Shown piece after piece: positions 35,881-45,576 of a DNA stretch of 60,652 nucleotides. Location of the stretch: IMG/VR virus record IMGVR_UViG_3300038679_000011, positions 1-60,652 of that record, one strand, 5' to 3'. Position 1 is the first letter of the stretch. Every line of letters begins with the position of its first letter. The position numbers were made by a program, and so were the translations under genes. The notes beneath the pieces were generated by a model, which saw only the letters and a program-made list of their open reading frames with translations, had not been told where the DNA came from and made no database searches. Origin of the DNA: a virus (taxonomy: Duplodnaviria > Caudoviricetes).

Positions 35881-36363
35881 TTATACAACTTTTCGTGCTT
35901 CTCTGTGTTCGATCAGTCGCAATTCCAAATTGGGCGGCACATATGATGTACCCTTGTCCCGCAGTCGCACGTCGCCTGGCCGACGAACTGCTTTTGTCAA
36001 ATTTGAAAAACACACTTCACGGATGCCAGCTTTAACTGGCAAGTCAAATGCTACCGCAGTGCCTACTGCAACAAAAATCAAGTCACTTAAGCCGTCAAGC
36101 GTCGCAACCTCGTCACGATTTGCTAAGCCCTCGATAGTTTCGCCAAGTTCTTCAATCATGATTTGTGCACGACGGATACGTGGGTCTTCACAGCCGCAGT
36201 TCATCATGTGCTCAAGTCGTTTTGATACAACAAGAAGCTCACCAGCAATTTCATCAAGTACCGATTCTGTTGCTACAGTTATGGGCACTTGCTGTAACAA
36301 CTTGTCAACATCAAAGTTGTGCTTTATATGGAACTCTCTTACTTGAGTAACTGTTACGTCCAT
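35881..36363 (-). CDS. MazG-like/all-alpha NTP pyrophosphohydrolase (candidate dCTPase/dUTPase)
   Basis: VREFH...IEELGE...DGLSDLIFV...EV..SNLTK. Confidence 0.85.
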   Translation of the reverse strand: MDVTVTQVREFHIKHNFDVDKLLQQVPITVATESVLDEIAGELLVVSKRLEHMMNCGCEDPRIRRAQIMIEELGETIEGLANRDEVATLDGLSDLIFVAVGTAVAFDLPVKAGIREVCFSNLTKAVRRPGDVRLRDKGTSYVPPNLELRLIEHREARKVV

Positions 36364-36372
36364 TTTTGCCTC

Positions 36373-39240
36373 CTAGAATTCCTCTGCTATGTGGTCTGGC
36401 CTGTCGAACGTTTTCATCTTTTCAGATGACGACAGGTCTTTTAGAAATTCGATAAACGAAGCAGTTTTTCGGTATGATCGACCATCGCGTACAAGTGCGT
36501 GTTTGCGTACAAGCAACGACATTAGTTGCACGGCTTCGCCTTTTTCCCAGCCACACCAATCACAGATGTCGCGTAATTCGATCTCGTTTGTATACAACAT
36601 CTGCTTTACAAAGTCATGTGGAAATGGCGTTTGAAGTATCCGGTTACTTACGATGTCCGGCGATGACATTGAGTTATGCACATTGATAGCTTCAGAAAAG
36701 TCCTTATAACCAAATATCTTGTCAGAATAAATGGAATGCAACAACTTTACGATGTACTCAACATGGCACGGCTGTACAACAACGCATGCTTGGTCACGGT
36801 GAGAAAATGTTCGACATGCAAGTGCGATAGCGAGTCTCGCAATTTTAAATCGCATCGACCCACGGTCCACGATCGGAATAAGCTCAGTATACGAATTACA
36901 CATCGCAGTCGCGTCTCGTAGTATCAGCGCCTTAGTGTCATCATCGATTATTACTTGTGAAGGCAAACGAGTCCAAGCCCATAAAACAAGTGCTCGACAG
37001 CGTTGAGACGTTGCGTGGTTCTTTACAACGGGTCGATATTGCTGTAATAAGTTAAGCGCATTTGCATCGATTTCAGACGATGCTAACAGCAGCGACATGT
37101 CAAATCGTCGAATGTCTTCCGGACTACCAATTAGTTCCCGTATAGCCTCAATGCCAAAATTGTACATCGACAACGGCCGGTCACTTCGTGGATTGCTAAT
37201 CATAATGAGTCGAGTACGTGCGTGCGTACGTCGTTTTTCGATCTTTGGTATTTCAGCAATACCGGATGAACGCATGTCAGTCAATTTACCGAGTACTTCT
37301 GTACTTGTGCCTTTTATTTCCTCAAGTACTACGAGGCGTTTGTCGTGCGCTGGGATAACGCCCCATGTAACGAACCAACGGCTACCTATTTGCTGTAAGC
37401 CGCCGAGCAGGCCAGCAACGGTCGCGTTCTTGCACTCGATGCGTTCGCCTAAGCCGTAGTGTTGCATAAGTCTCATAACTGTTTCGGTCTTGCCTTGTGC
37501 ACTGTCGCCAGCTATAAGTATCTCAGTCCAGCCCTTAGTGACTTTGCCGTCGAATTCAAATAGCAACACACTATGATATGCAAGATCGATAGCAAGGTGC
37601 AACCGCATACGCTGATAGATGTGCGTCACGTTTGCTGCAAGGTCGTCGTAGAGCGACATCATCTTTGCTTCGATACCTTCGACGGTCCACTCTTTAGGCT
37701 GAAACCATTCAAGGTTACTTAGCTCACCGTTAGACGGCGAGTAGTTGGACAACGCATCTTGCACTGCCTTAGCTTCGCTAATCAGCAATACGGACTGCTG
37801 GGTTTTAGGATGTGGGTACATGCGGCCCACGAATTCATACGCTTCATTAGTCTCGATTCCGTGCCCTATGCACAGTGCTGGTTGCAACACGTCGTCGACC
37901 GCACGTGACGCAATCTCAAGTTGAGGCGACAATCGAAGGTCTTCTACGTTGTAGTACTCGAACGGCACAAAGTCTACTGATTTACACGTCGGGATACGAA
38001 GACCTTCCATAATCGCATCTCGCTGTACGCTCTTTGAAGCAGCAACCATATCAAGTACCGCGGGTGACTCTGGATGGATCTCAAGTACTACAATGCCGTT
38101 ATTATCAGGTGTTTCTGTAAAAACCGGACACATGATACAACCTTCTTGGCTACGGTCACACGTAATTTTAACTTTCTTCGGTATCACGTACGGCGCTGTG
38201 TCCATAGCAGCTACGTTGCTGAAAAGTCGAAGACGACGTCCAGTGTGCTCAGCGCGAGATGCGTGGGCGAGTGGCACGTCTATAATCGGCGAGTCCTCGA
38301 CCATAAGGCGAGTACTCGGTATCCACTCGGACGTCATCTCAAGCAGCGCCATGAAGTCCTTGGCCGTCTTCTTTTCCTGGCCGAAGTAGTCGTTCACATC
38401 GCCCTTGGGATACTCGTCGATCGACAAGGGTAGCTCGACATCACCGATGAACGACACTACGCTTTTGAGACGCGCACACAACGTCTGCGCAGCTTTGCGT
38501 CCAGCGTCGTCGATGTCGAGGCACACGTACACCTTCTTGCCTTTGAATAGCTCGTTGAATTTTACGTCCCAGTTGCCTTCACCCGCGGTCGCGGTGATTG
38601 CACCAATGTTGTACTTGTTGATCTTCTCTGCTGTGACAACCGCCTTTAACTCACCGCCGCACACGACGACTGTCTCGTATTTTAGTTGTTCAATCGGGAA
38701 GAGTCGCAGAGGCTTTCCGTGGCCCTTGCGGTTCTTCATTTTCTCGTGGCTCGGCGCCCCGGGCAAGTAACATCGCACGTTGACGTACGAGCCTTCTGTA
38801 TTCGTGACAGGTATCGTGATACGACTGCCGTCGTACCCGATACGGTATTTACGAATCATTGCGTCTGTTACGCCGCGAGCGTATAGCTCTTTGAGTAGCG
38901 GACTCGCGGACCACACTGCTTCGTGCCAGCGTTCGATGACCTGAGAGTTGATAACTTTTGCACTGTCCATCGAGTACCGTTTGGACAGGTCTTCCCATAC
39001 AACTCTCCGGGTGGTATTTAAGAGCTTTGCTAAAAACGTTAAAAAATCGCCTTTTGCTCCACAGCCAGCAGCGTAGCACTTGAATACGTTCTTTTCTAAA
39101 TTGATACTACAACTTGGCGTATGGTCTGAATGAAACGGGCACTTGACCTTAACCTCAGAGTCGTTCACAGTGTCATAGTTTACACCGGCTCGCTCGAGTT
39201 CAGCCAATGCGCTTACTGCCTTTAGCTGTCGATCATTCAT
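36373..39240 (-). CDS. CHC2 Zn-finger/TOPRIM primase fused to MCM-like AAA+ helicase
   Basis: CPFH.D..PS...C..C, GELKA/DIDDAG, GDSAQGKT, TVAGLLGG, VVLEE and RRFD motifs. Confidence 0.85.
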   Translation of the reverse strand: MNDRQLKAVSALAELERAGVNYDTVNDSEVKVKCPFHSDHTPSCSINLEKNVFKCYAAGCGAKGDFLTFLAKLLNTTRRVVWEDLSKRYSMDSAKVINSQVIERWHEAVWSASPLLKELYARGVTDAMIRKYRIGYDGSRITIPVTNTEGSYVNVRCYLPGAPSHEKMKNRKGHGKPLRLFPIEQLKYETVVVCGGELKAVVTAEKINKYNIGAITATAGEGNWDVKFNELFKGKKVYVCLDIDDAGRKAAQTLCARLKSVVSFIGDVELPLSIDEYPKGDVNDYFGQEKKTAKDFMALLEMTSEWIPSTRLMVEDSPIIDVPLAHASRAEHTGRRLRLFSNVAAMDTAPYVIPKKVKITCDRSQEGCIMCPVFTETPDNNGIVVLEIHPESPAVLDMVAASKSVQRDAIMEGLRIPTCKSVDFVPFEYYNVEDLRLSPQLEIASRAVDDVLQPALCIGHGIETNEAYEFVGRMYPHPKTQQSVLLISEAKAVQDALSNYSPSNGELSNLEWFQPKEWTVEGIEAKMMSLYDDLAANVTHIYQRMRLHLAIDLAYHSVLLFEFDGKVTKGWTEILIAGDSAQGKTETVMRLMQHYGLGERIECKNATVAGLLGGLQQIGSRWFVTWGVIPAHDKRLVVLEEIKGTSTEVLGKLTDMRSSGIAEIPKIEKRRTHARTRLIMISNPRSDRPLSMYNFGIEAIRELIGSPEDIRRFDMSLLLASSEIDANALNLLQQYRPVVKNHATSQRCRALVLWAWTRLPSQVIIDDDTKALILRDATAMCNSYTELIPIVDRGSMRFKIARLAIALACRTFSHRDQACVVVQPCHVEYIVKLLHSIYSDKIFGYKDFSEAINVHNSMSSPDIVSNRILQTPFPHDFVKQMLYTNEIELRDICDWCGWEKGEAVQLMSLLVRKHALVRDGRSYRKTASFIEFLKDLSSSEKMKTFDRPDHIAEEF

Positions 39241-39266
39241 CCGTGTACCAAAGGAGCTCCAACCCT

Positions 39267-39309
39267 AAAGAAGGCGACGGATCGGGCCTCCTAATCGCGA
39301 TCCGTCGCC
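39267..39309 (-). terminator. Possible terminator/attenuator hairpin
   Basis: GGCGACGGATCG/CGATCCGTCGCC stem followed by TTCTTT on the minus strand. Confidence 0.55.
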
Positions 39310-39325
39310 GTGTTACACGATGATG

Positions 39326-40156
39326 TCACATCTCGTTCGTTGCCATTGCGTCTTCTGTAACGCCGTCGTCGTCGAGGTTCGTCCTTAACCTTGAGCTCTT
39401 GTGGTACTCTGCAAATTCCAGATGAAGCGCCTTGCACTTTTCATAGATGTCCTTGTCATCGACCCAAGGAGACCGGCTTTCCGGATTTGCTACGTCGAGA
39501 CCCCACCAGTCACCAAGTTGGCCTGGCCGGAACTTTGGCGTAAGCGTAAATACGCACCCGAACAGTGGAGCATTGCGCATCTTGATGAGTGATGCAAAGT
39601 TGTTTCCGACCCAATGTTCGCCACGTGAGAACGACACCACGACAGGCGTGCCTGCAAGTGGATGGTCGATAAGCATCACAACGAAATTGAGGTGTTCTAC
39701 GTGCCGTACCTTGAGATCAGCGCGGTCTGGGTGGTTGTCGTACCGCAGGTCCTTGTTGCGTGACTTGTGGACGATCGGGTCTGTCGGATCCAGCGTCCGG
39801 TATCGGATGGCCGGCTCCTGACCCTTGAGTGCGATAGGATTCCACGTCGCCCACTCGGGGTAGAAGAACAGCGGCACAACAAAGAACGAAGCGTCCTGAT
39901 CTTCGACTGGGCGGCCTTTGGCATCACGTTCAAGTTGAACAACGACAGACTGTGTTGGGGTCAAGATAACATCGCCTGGAGCGAACACGTCGAGCAACTG
40001 CTCACTTGCCTGTTTTTGCACAACTTTTATACGCGGTGGCACCACGTACTCAGTCAGAGACTCCGTCCCGAGTACTTTCTCGCCCTGCATGAAGTCGGGC
40101 AGCTGCGGGTTTACCTTTGTGATGTCGGTTGAGATGTCTTGTTTACGTCTTGCCAT
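39326..40156 (-). CDS. Putative ssDNA-binding/annealing protein
   Basis: PPRIKVVQ..S...PGD pattern, acidic C-terminus, located in the replication module. Confidence 0.45.
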   Translation of the reverse strand: MARRKQDISTDITKVNPQLPDFMQGEKVLGTESLTEYVVPPRIKVVQKQASEQLLDVFAPGDVILTPTQSVVVQLERDAKGRPVEDQDASFFVVPLFFYPEWATWNPIALKGQEPAIRYRTLDPTDPIVHKSRNKDLRYDNHPDRADLKVRHVEHLNFVVMLIDHPLAGTPVVVSFSRGEHWVGNNFASLIKMRNAPLFGCVFTLTPKFRPGQLGDWWGLDVANPESRSPWVDDKDIYEKCKALHLEFAEYHKSSRLRTNLDDDGVTEDAMATNEM

Positions 40157-40189
40157 TTTAGCATCCTTACCTAGTCGTTGTTTCTTGTG

Positions 40190-40876
40190 TTATTCGTACG
40201 TTTCTTGATCTTTGCTCTCACGTTGCAAACTTGTACGTTCTGCCAACATTTGTTCGATTAACTTATCAGTGCCCTTTGATCTCCTTTCCGCTAACTCGGA
40301 TACAAACTCGCCCAGATCGTGAACTGCCTTGATCTGCATTGAGTAAACCGGGTAGGTACTGTCAGCTTGGCACCCAGGCGGCAACGGCTTACCTTCAGTT
40401 GCACGTAACGAAATATACTCTTGCACCTTGGGCCAGTGAGGCCGAACGATGCCTTTTTCAGCGTCGTCTTTGCTAACCCCAAGATGCTCCATCAACGCAT
40501 AGTATGCGTCTGGGTCTTCTTTTAGCTTAGGCAACTTAGCCCGGATGTCGATCTTAGGCGTGCCAGTTGCGAGAGACGCCCGAATTGGCTCAGATTTGCC
40601 CGGATCATTCAAGTTCTCAACTACATACTTAGCGCAGCCCCACTGTTCAAGCAACTCGCGGACAGCATCAAGTTCACGGCGAATGTCCTCACAGTACCTG
40701 ATGATTTCACGCATCACATATACGAAATTTGTAGCGTCTTTAAGATTGTAGCTGACTTGCTTACCTCTGAGCGAATCTCGGATATTCGACACAAGTATGT
40801 ACGCTGTTGAGTGTAAGTTTTTTAGGGTTTCGTACACGTCGAGTAGTTCTTGCAGTTGAAACAGAGACTTTTTCAT
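40190..40876 (-). CDS. Hypothetical replication-module protein
   Basis: 228 aa with GKPLPPG motif. Confidence 0.55.
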   Translation of the reverse strand: MKKSLFQLQELLDVYETLKNLHSTAYILVSNIRDSLRGKQVSYNLKDATNFVYVMREIIRYCEDIRRELDAVRELLEQWGCAKYVVENLNDPGKSEPIRASLATGTPKIDIRAKLPKLKEDPDAYYALMEHLGVSKDDAEKGIVRPHWPKVQEYISLRATEGKPLPPGCQADSTYPVYSMQIKAVHDLGEFVSELAERRSKGTDKLIEQMLAERTSLQRESKDQETYE

Positions 40877-41221
40877 CTAGGACTCCTTCTGCATCAGTGA
40901 AGTGATTTCAAATTCTCGCGCTACATAGTCGTTTATGACGCTGTTGAACAGCAACACTTTGAACGTCTCGAAGTTGCGTGCGACGCACACAAGCGCGACG
41001 CACACGTTGACCATCGAACCGACGACACAGATGTAGTCCTTCTGTGGGTCGTAGTTGAGTTCACTAAGTCGAGACAGCAAGAACTCACAGTACTCATTGA
41101 TGTCAAAGACACTGCTGTAGTGGCCGCGTTCATCTTCGATAAGCGTAAGATCGCCGTATCGTGCCGCCTTGCTGATGTCGAGCCCGTGCTTAGGCCTCTG
41201 GATAAGTATCACTTTATTCAT
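40877..41221 (-). CDS. Hypothetical protein
   Basis: 114 aa, DISKAARYG...DYICVVG. Confidence 0.55.
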   Translation of the reverse strand: MNKVILIQRPKHGLDISKAARYGDLTLIEDERGHYSSVFDINEYCEFLLSRLSELNYDPQKDYICVVGSMVNVCVALVCVARNFETFKVLLFNSVINDYVAREFEITSLMQKES

Positions 41222-43226
41222 CGTCGACCTCGTTGGGAACTGATTTCAAAAGCCTTTCCATGATGTCGCGAACGTCTTGCAGTTCGTCCGCGGTCATCTT
41301 CTTTTGCAGTACCCTGCATGCAATTTCTTCATCGATCGTGCCGGGTACGACGACGTCGATGACTCGCACTGGCATCCGTGTGCCACGACGCATCGCTCGG
41401 TCCTCGCTCTGCGAGCGGTTGATGCGAGACCAGTCCTGCGAAAAGTAAAGCACTTCTGTCGTGTTTGTCGTGTACTCATCTGCACGGTCCGGCAAGTAGC
41501 CCCACAGGTCTAGGCCTGTGCCGCCTGCAGCAGGGTTGCCCAAGAAGCACTTGACGCTCGGGTCAGCATTGTAGCTGTCCTGAGCGATCTGACGGTCAAC
41601 GTCTTTCGTCGAGCCGTGGTACGTGACATGCTTGATCCCCTCTTCTGTCATGCGTCTTGACAGTAACTTAAGAGCCGGAATCCAGTTGGTCCACACGATG
41701 ATCTTGTCTTCGGGTCGCATCTCTTTGATGTGCTCGATCACGGCTTCGACCTTAGGGCTAGGGTCGATGAACTCGACTCGGTTGTCGGCGTTAAGCAAGT
41801 TGCCGTCGTTGTCATACTGCGCATCCCACGTGACATAGCCGGCTGTGATCTGCGAGAGGCGCAACAGCTTCGTGAGGATGTGAGTTGCTGTCAGTTGCTT
41901 GTTAGTGCTCGACGCAAGCTCATGTTCAATTTCGATCATCAGCCGCTGTTGCACTTGGACGTAGTACTCTCGTTGCTCGTGCGACATGCTGACTTCGATG
42001 ATGTCGTATGTCTTTTTCGGAAGGTCGGGTAAGACCTCTGTTCGAGTGACCATGAAGCACAGCCGGGCGAAACGTTCTTGTAGGATGGGCAAGTTTTGGT
42101 AACCCGCCAGGATCTCTCGGCCACCCGCCTCATCACGCTTGACGAACTTGCCGTAGTACGCACGAAACGCCTTGAAGCTTGAGAACCCGCTCATGCCCTC
42201 GCCGAGCCACTCGAGTTGCGTCCAAACGTCGAACAGCGTGTTCGCGATCGGCGTTCCCGTCAACCCAGTTCTCGAGCGACTCAGCTGTCGCAGTTTCGAG
42301 AGCACTTTCCAGCGTCTCGTGTTGGGCGACTTGACCATGTGCGCTTCGTCAAGAACTACGAGGTCCCACTCAGCAGCCCGCAGCGCATTCCAAGATCGGA
42401 CCGCAGTCTCGTACGAGCAGATGATGATTGTGTACTCAGCGTCTTCGTCGCTCTTGAAAGCTTCGATGAGTTGCTTTACTCGCCGCAGTTGGCCGCCTCG
42501 TAGCACGGTCACTTTCCCGGGTCGCACTGCGAATTCGACGATCTTGTTGTGCCAGTTCATTCTCATGTTCTTAGGCACAACGATGAGTGCACGGTACATT
42601 CGCCCGTACTTCTTTTGCACGACGGCCGCCTCGTAGTTCATTCGCGCGATGATGACGGGCGTCTTGCCAGTGCCCTGCTCCATCCACAGATTCGAGCCTT
42701 CGCTCCACATCTGAGCGAACGTCGCAACTCGCTGGGCCGGCATGAGCGGCTTATCGGGGTGATCGATGAACCCAGTCGGCGGCTCTGGCACAACTCGGTT
42801 CAGCTTGAACTCAGCGTACTTGCGAGCAGCTAAGGTCTGTTTCAAGAACCGCATCAGCAAGAACTCGTAGATCACGCGAGCGTCTTCATCTATGACGAGT
42901 TGATTCTTGGGCCACGCCGCGTTGATGATGATCGCGTTGAAGTCAGTGGTAGCGAGCTGCCACTCGTTGCCTGCTTGAGTTGAGGCTTTGCGCTCAGGCA
43001 ACCTTGCAATGAAAGCTCGACAACGGTATGAAGCCATCCAGCGTTCATCCGGAGTGCGGCCCTTCGCATAGAAACTTACGACAAACTTTGAGCCGTCTTG
43101 ACTCAGTGAGAGGTGCAGCACGTCGTTCGGCGACGGCAGAGCTGGAGCGAGTAACTTTCGAGTATTCTCGTTGAGTGGCTCGAGGAACCGCTCGGTGACT
43201 AGGTCAACTGTCTTTACCGATTCCAT
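41214..43226 (-). CDS. SNF2-family helicase
   Basis: MEQGTGKT, LDEAH, LTGTP, GTGLDL and QSEDRAMR motifs. Confidence 0.93.
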   Translation of the reverse strand: MESVKTVDLVTERFLEPLNENTRKLLAPALPSPNDVLHLSLSQDGSKFVVSFYAKGRTPDERWMASYRCRAFIARLPERKASTQAGNEWQLATTDFNAIIINAAWPKNQLVIDEDARVIYEFLLMRFLKQTLAARKYAEFKLNRVVPEPPTGFIDHPDKPLMPAQRVATFAQMWSEGSNLWMEQGTGKTPVIIARMNYEAAVVQKKYGRMYRALIVVPKNMRMNWHNKIVEFAVRPGKVTVLRGGQLRRVKQLIEAFKSDEDAEYTIIICSYETAVRSWNALRAAEWDLVVLDEAHMVKSPNTRRWKVLSKLRQLSRSRTGLTGTPIANTLFDVWTQLEWLGEGMSGFSSFKAFRAYYGKFVKRDEAGGREILAGYQNLPILQERFARLCFMVTRTEVLPDLPKKTYDIIEVSMSHEQREYYVQVQQRLMIEIEHELASSTNKQLTATHILTKLLRLSQITAGYVTWDAQYDNDGNLLNADNRVEFIDPSPKVEAVIEHIKEMRPEDKIIVWTNWIPALKLLSRRMTEEGIKHVTYHGSTKDVDRQIAQDSYNADPSVKCFLGNPAAGGTGLDLWGYLPDRADEYTTNTTEVLYFSQDWSRINRSQSEDRAMRRGTRMPVRVIDVVVPGTIDEEIACRVLQKKMTADELQDVRDIMERLLKSVPNEVDDE

Positions 43227-43279
43227 TGCTATCTCCTATCTACTATAGACTGCGTTGACTTACTTCTACCAACGTAGCC

Positions 43280-43308
43280 ATTCTAATACGAAGCGGGCGC
43301 TAAGTACA
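43280..43308 (-). promoter_or_regulatory. Putative promoter of the replication operon
   Basis: TGTACT-17 bp-TAGAAT in the gap upstream of the helicase gene. Confidence 0.5.
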
Positions 43309-43332
43309 TCGAAAAGTTGCACAGTACCCACT

Positions 43333-43869
43333 TTATTTCCGAAAAGCGAGCAGCACAGTCGGATCAGTCAACTCGGTCTTGTAAAAGCGTTTCTCAGCGA
43401 GTTGCTCTGCACCTGAGAAGAGCTCGCACAGTCGCTCAGCGCTTGCGTGTGAGCGGTGGTGCAGTCTCTCCATTTTCGCCTCGCTGTGGTGAACGACCGG
43501 AGTAGTAATGACGATGACGCCGCCCGGTTTTGTGACGCGGACGAGCTCGTCCGCGAAATACGCGTGGTACTCATAGTCGAGGTGCTCGATGACGTCGCTC
43601 GCTATGACAACGTCGGCGAAGTCCTCAGAGAACGGCATGCAAATTGCAGTCGACTGCTTGACTACTGCGCCGTACGTGATTCTACACTTTTCGCACGCCG
43701 CCACATCAATATCTACTCCGAACAGCGTCCACGGCAACACGCGTCGTCGTACTTCTTTCATCGTTCGACCTGACCCACACCCAACATCAAGCAGTACACG
43801 CGGCTGCGTGCGTCCCATATGTTGCTCAAGCGTATCAACAATTTCAACGTACCTGTTAGCCTTTTGCAT
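43333..43869 (-). CDS. Class I SAM-dependent methyltransferase
   Basis: LLDVGCGSG, GVDID, DVIEHL and RVTKPGG motifs. Confidence 0.9.
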   Translation of the reverse strand: MQKANRYVEIVDTLEQHMGRTQPRVLLDVGCGSGRTMKEVRRRVLPWTLFGVDIDVAACEKCRITYGAVVKQSTAICMPFSEDFADVVIASDVIEHLDYEYHAYFADELVRVTKPGGVIVITTPVVHHSEAKMERLHHRSHASAERLCELFSGAEQLAEKRFYKTELTDPTVLLAFRK

Positions 43870-43873
43870 TAGC

Positions 43874-44842
43874 TCACCTTTTGAATGTGTACGGCGTTGG
43901 GCCAGTCAGGGGCGTACTTGTTATGTCCCACTCTTGTATTTGTTTCTTGATGTCGACGCTTACTCGCTGGCTCCACGTATTAAGCAGCCGCATCGTAGTG
44001 TCGCCTGGGTAGCCGCTGCCGATGCGCATGCCATCAAGCGTCACGACGGGCAGCATGCAAAACGGGGTGCCTGTCATGAAGGCCTCGTCTGCCTCGACGA
44101 CGTCGTATGGTTCAATATTTCGCTCTTCGCAGCGTAGGCCGATGCTGTTCGCGAGCGCGAGCACGTATGCCCGGCTGATGCCGCGTAAGCAGTTCCGGGG
44201 TTCTGGCGTGATGACGCGTCCACCTCTGACGATGAAAAAGTTGTCGCCGGTGCCCTCGGCTACGTAGCCGTCGTCGTCAAGTAATAGCGGCCACACATTG
44301 CGGCCTTTGAACAAACTTGCTTGAATGTTTGCCATCATCAAATGCATACGACTTCTGGTCTTTGCTTTAGGCTCAAGCAAACGGGCTGGTATTGCTCGTT
44401 GACTTGGGACCACAGCATCAATGCCTTCATCAAACAGTTTACCCATACCACGAACAGTCCATCGCAATGGGAAGTCAGCGATAATAACATTCGGTCCTGG
44501 TCTGATACCCGCTATACTTTCATAAATTCCAAGCGTACCACGAGTGACATTAATCATTATGCGGTGTTCGTCATCCTCAGCAAGAGCGCTAGAATTTTCA
44601 CTAATTGTAGCGTTGACTGCATCGATCATCTTGGTTTCAGACAGCGGCACGTCGATGTGCAGCCACTTGGCGGACGCGTACAGGCGGCGCACGTGCTCAG
44701 CCAGCATGAACTGCCGCTGGTTGAACGACCGCGTCATCTCAAAGACAGTATCCCCGAACATCATCGCAGAGTCGTAGATCGACACCTTCGCTTCAGACTC
44801 AGGCACGAACTTTCCGTTATAGTATACCACACGACTTGTCAC
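43874..44842 (-). CDS. Class IV PLP aminotransferase (IlvE/D-amino acid aminotransferase-like)
   Basis: FGDTVFE, EHVRRL, EGTGDNFF, LRGISR and EAFMTGT motifs. Confidence 0.92.
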   Translation of the reverse strand: MTSRVVYYNGKFVPESEAKVSIYDSAMMFGDTVFEMTRSFNQRQFMLAEHVRRLYASAKWLHIDVPLSETKMIDAVNATISENSSALAEDDEHRIMINVTRGTLGIYESIAGIRPGPNVIIADFPLRWTVRGMGKLFDEGIDAVVPSQRAIPARLLEPKAKTRSRMHLMMANIQASLFKGRNVWPLLLDDDGYVAEGTGDNFFIVRGGRVITPEPRNCLRGISRAYVLALANSIGLRCEERNIEPYDVVEADEAFMTGTPFCMLPVVTLDGMRIGSGYPGDTTMRLLNTWSQRVSVDIKKQIQEWDITSTPLTGPTPYTFKR

Positions 44843-45576
44843 AGGAGGTCTCCTTTAAGATATGCCATGAGCAACACCTCGCATAAAGCACAATCATCGG
44901 GCTCGTCGATCTCAGGCAGTTGCCACGACTTCATCTCATAAGTACCTAACTTGCCTGCAAATCGCTGTGCAGTACCCGACACATTAAGAAACGTAGCGTT
45001 TTGTTTAAGGACCCATGGCTTAAACAAGTACAACGACCCGTTTTCAATTACTCGAGTTGGAAAACGTTGCCGCTTGCGATTTAACATTAAGCATTCAGGT
45101 ACTACTGGATTAAGCACACCGTCTTCAACTGGCTGCCACAAGCAGAGGTCTTTCGCATGCACAACGGACATCATCGAGTCGTAGTTCCCCTCGATGAAAC
45201 GAACTACCGCGTTCGTCACGTCACTCGGTTTTCGCAGCGGCGACGTGATCTGTGGACATACAACGACATCTGGTACTTTAGATACAGTATTTATGTATGC
45301 TTCAAGAGCGTACGCCCATGCATCATCAATTCGCGAGTTGTCACCAGCTAACGCGTCTGGCTCAAGTACTGTCATACACGTAGCTCGACGACTAACGTAC
45401 TTAAGTACGTCCATACTATTTGATACGACTACAATTGTGTTGATGTACGGCGATGCGGCCAAAGCACACAAAGTCCAGTCAATCAGTGGCCGGCCACACA
45501 ACGTAATGGCCCATTTATTGGGCACGCCTTTTGAGCCCTTACGAACTGCTACTATTGCAATCGTATTTGTACTCAT
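44839..45576 (-). CDS. neuA: Acylneuraminate (CMP-nonulosonate) cytidylyltransferase
   Basis: RKGSKGVPNK, QITSPLR, ENGSLY and EIDEPDD motifs. Confidence 0.88.
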   Translation of the reverse strand: MSTNTIAIVAVRKGSKGVPNKWAITLCGRPLIDWTLCALAASPYINTIVVVSNSMDVLKYVSRRATCMTVLEPDALAGDNSRIDDAWAYALEAYINTVSKVPDVVVCPQITSPLRKPSDVTNAVVRFIEGNYDSMMSVVHAKDLCLWQPVEDGVLNPVVPECLMLNRKRQRFPTRVIENGSLYLFKPWVLKQNATFLNVSGTAQRFAGKLGTYEMKSWQLPEIDEPDDCALCEVLLMAYLKGDLL

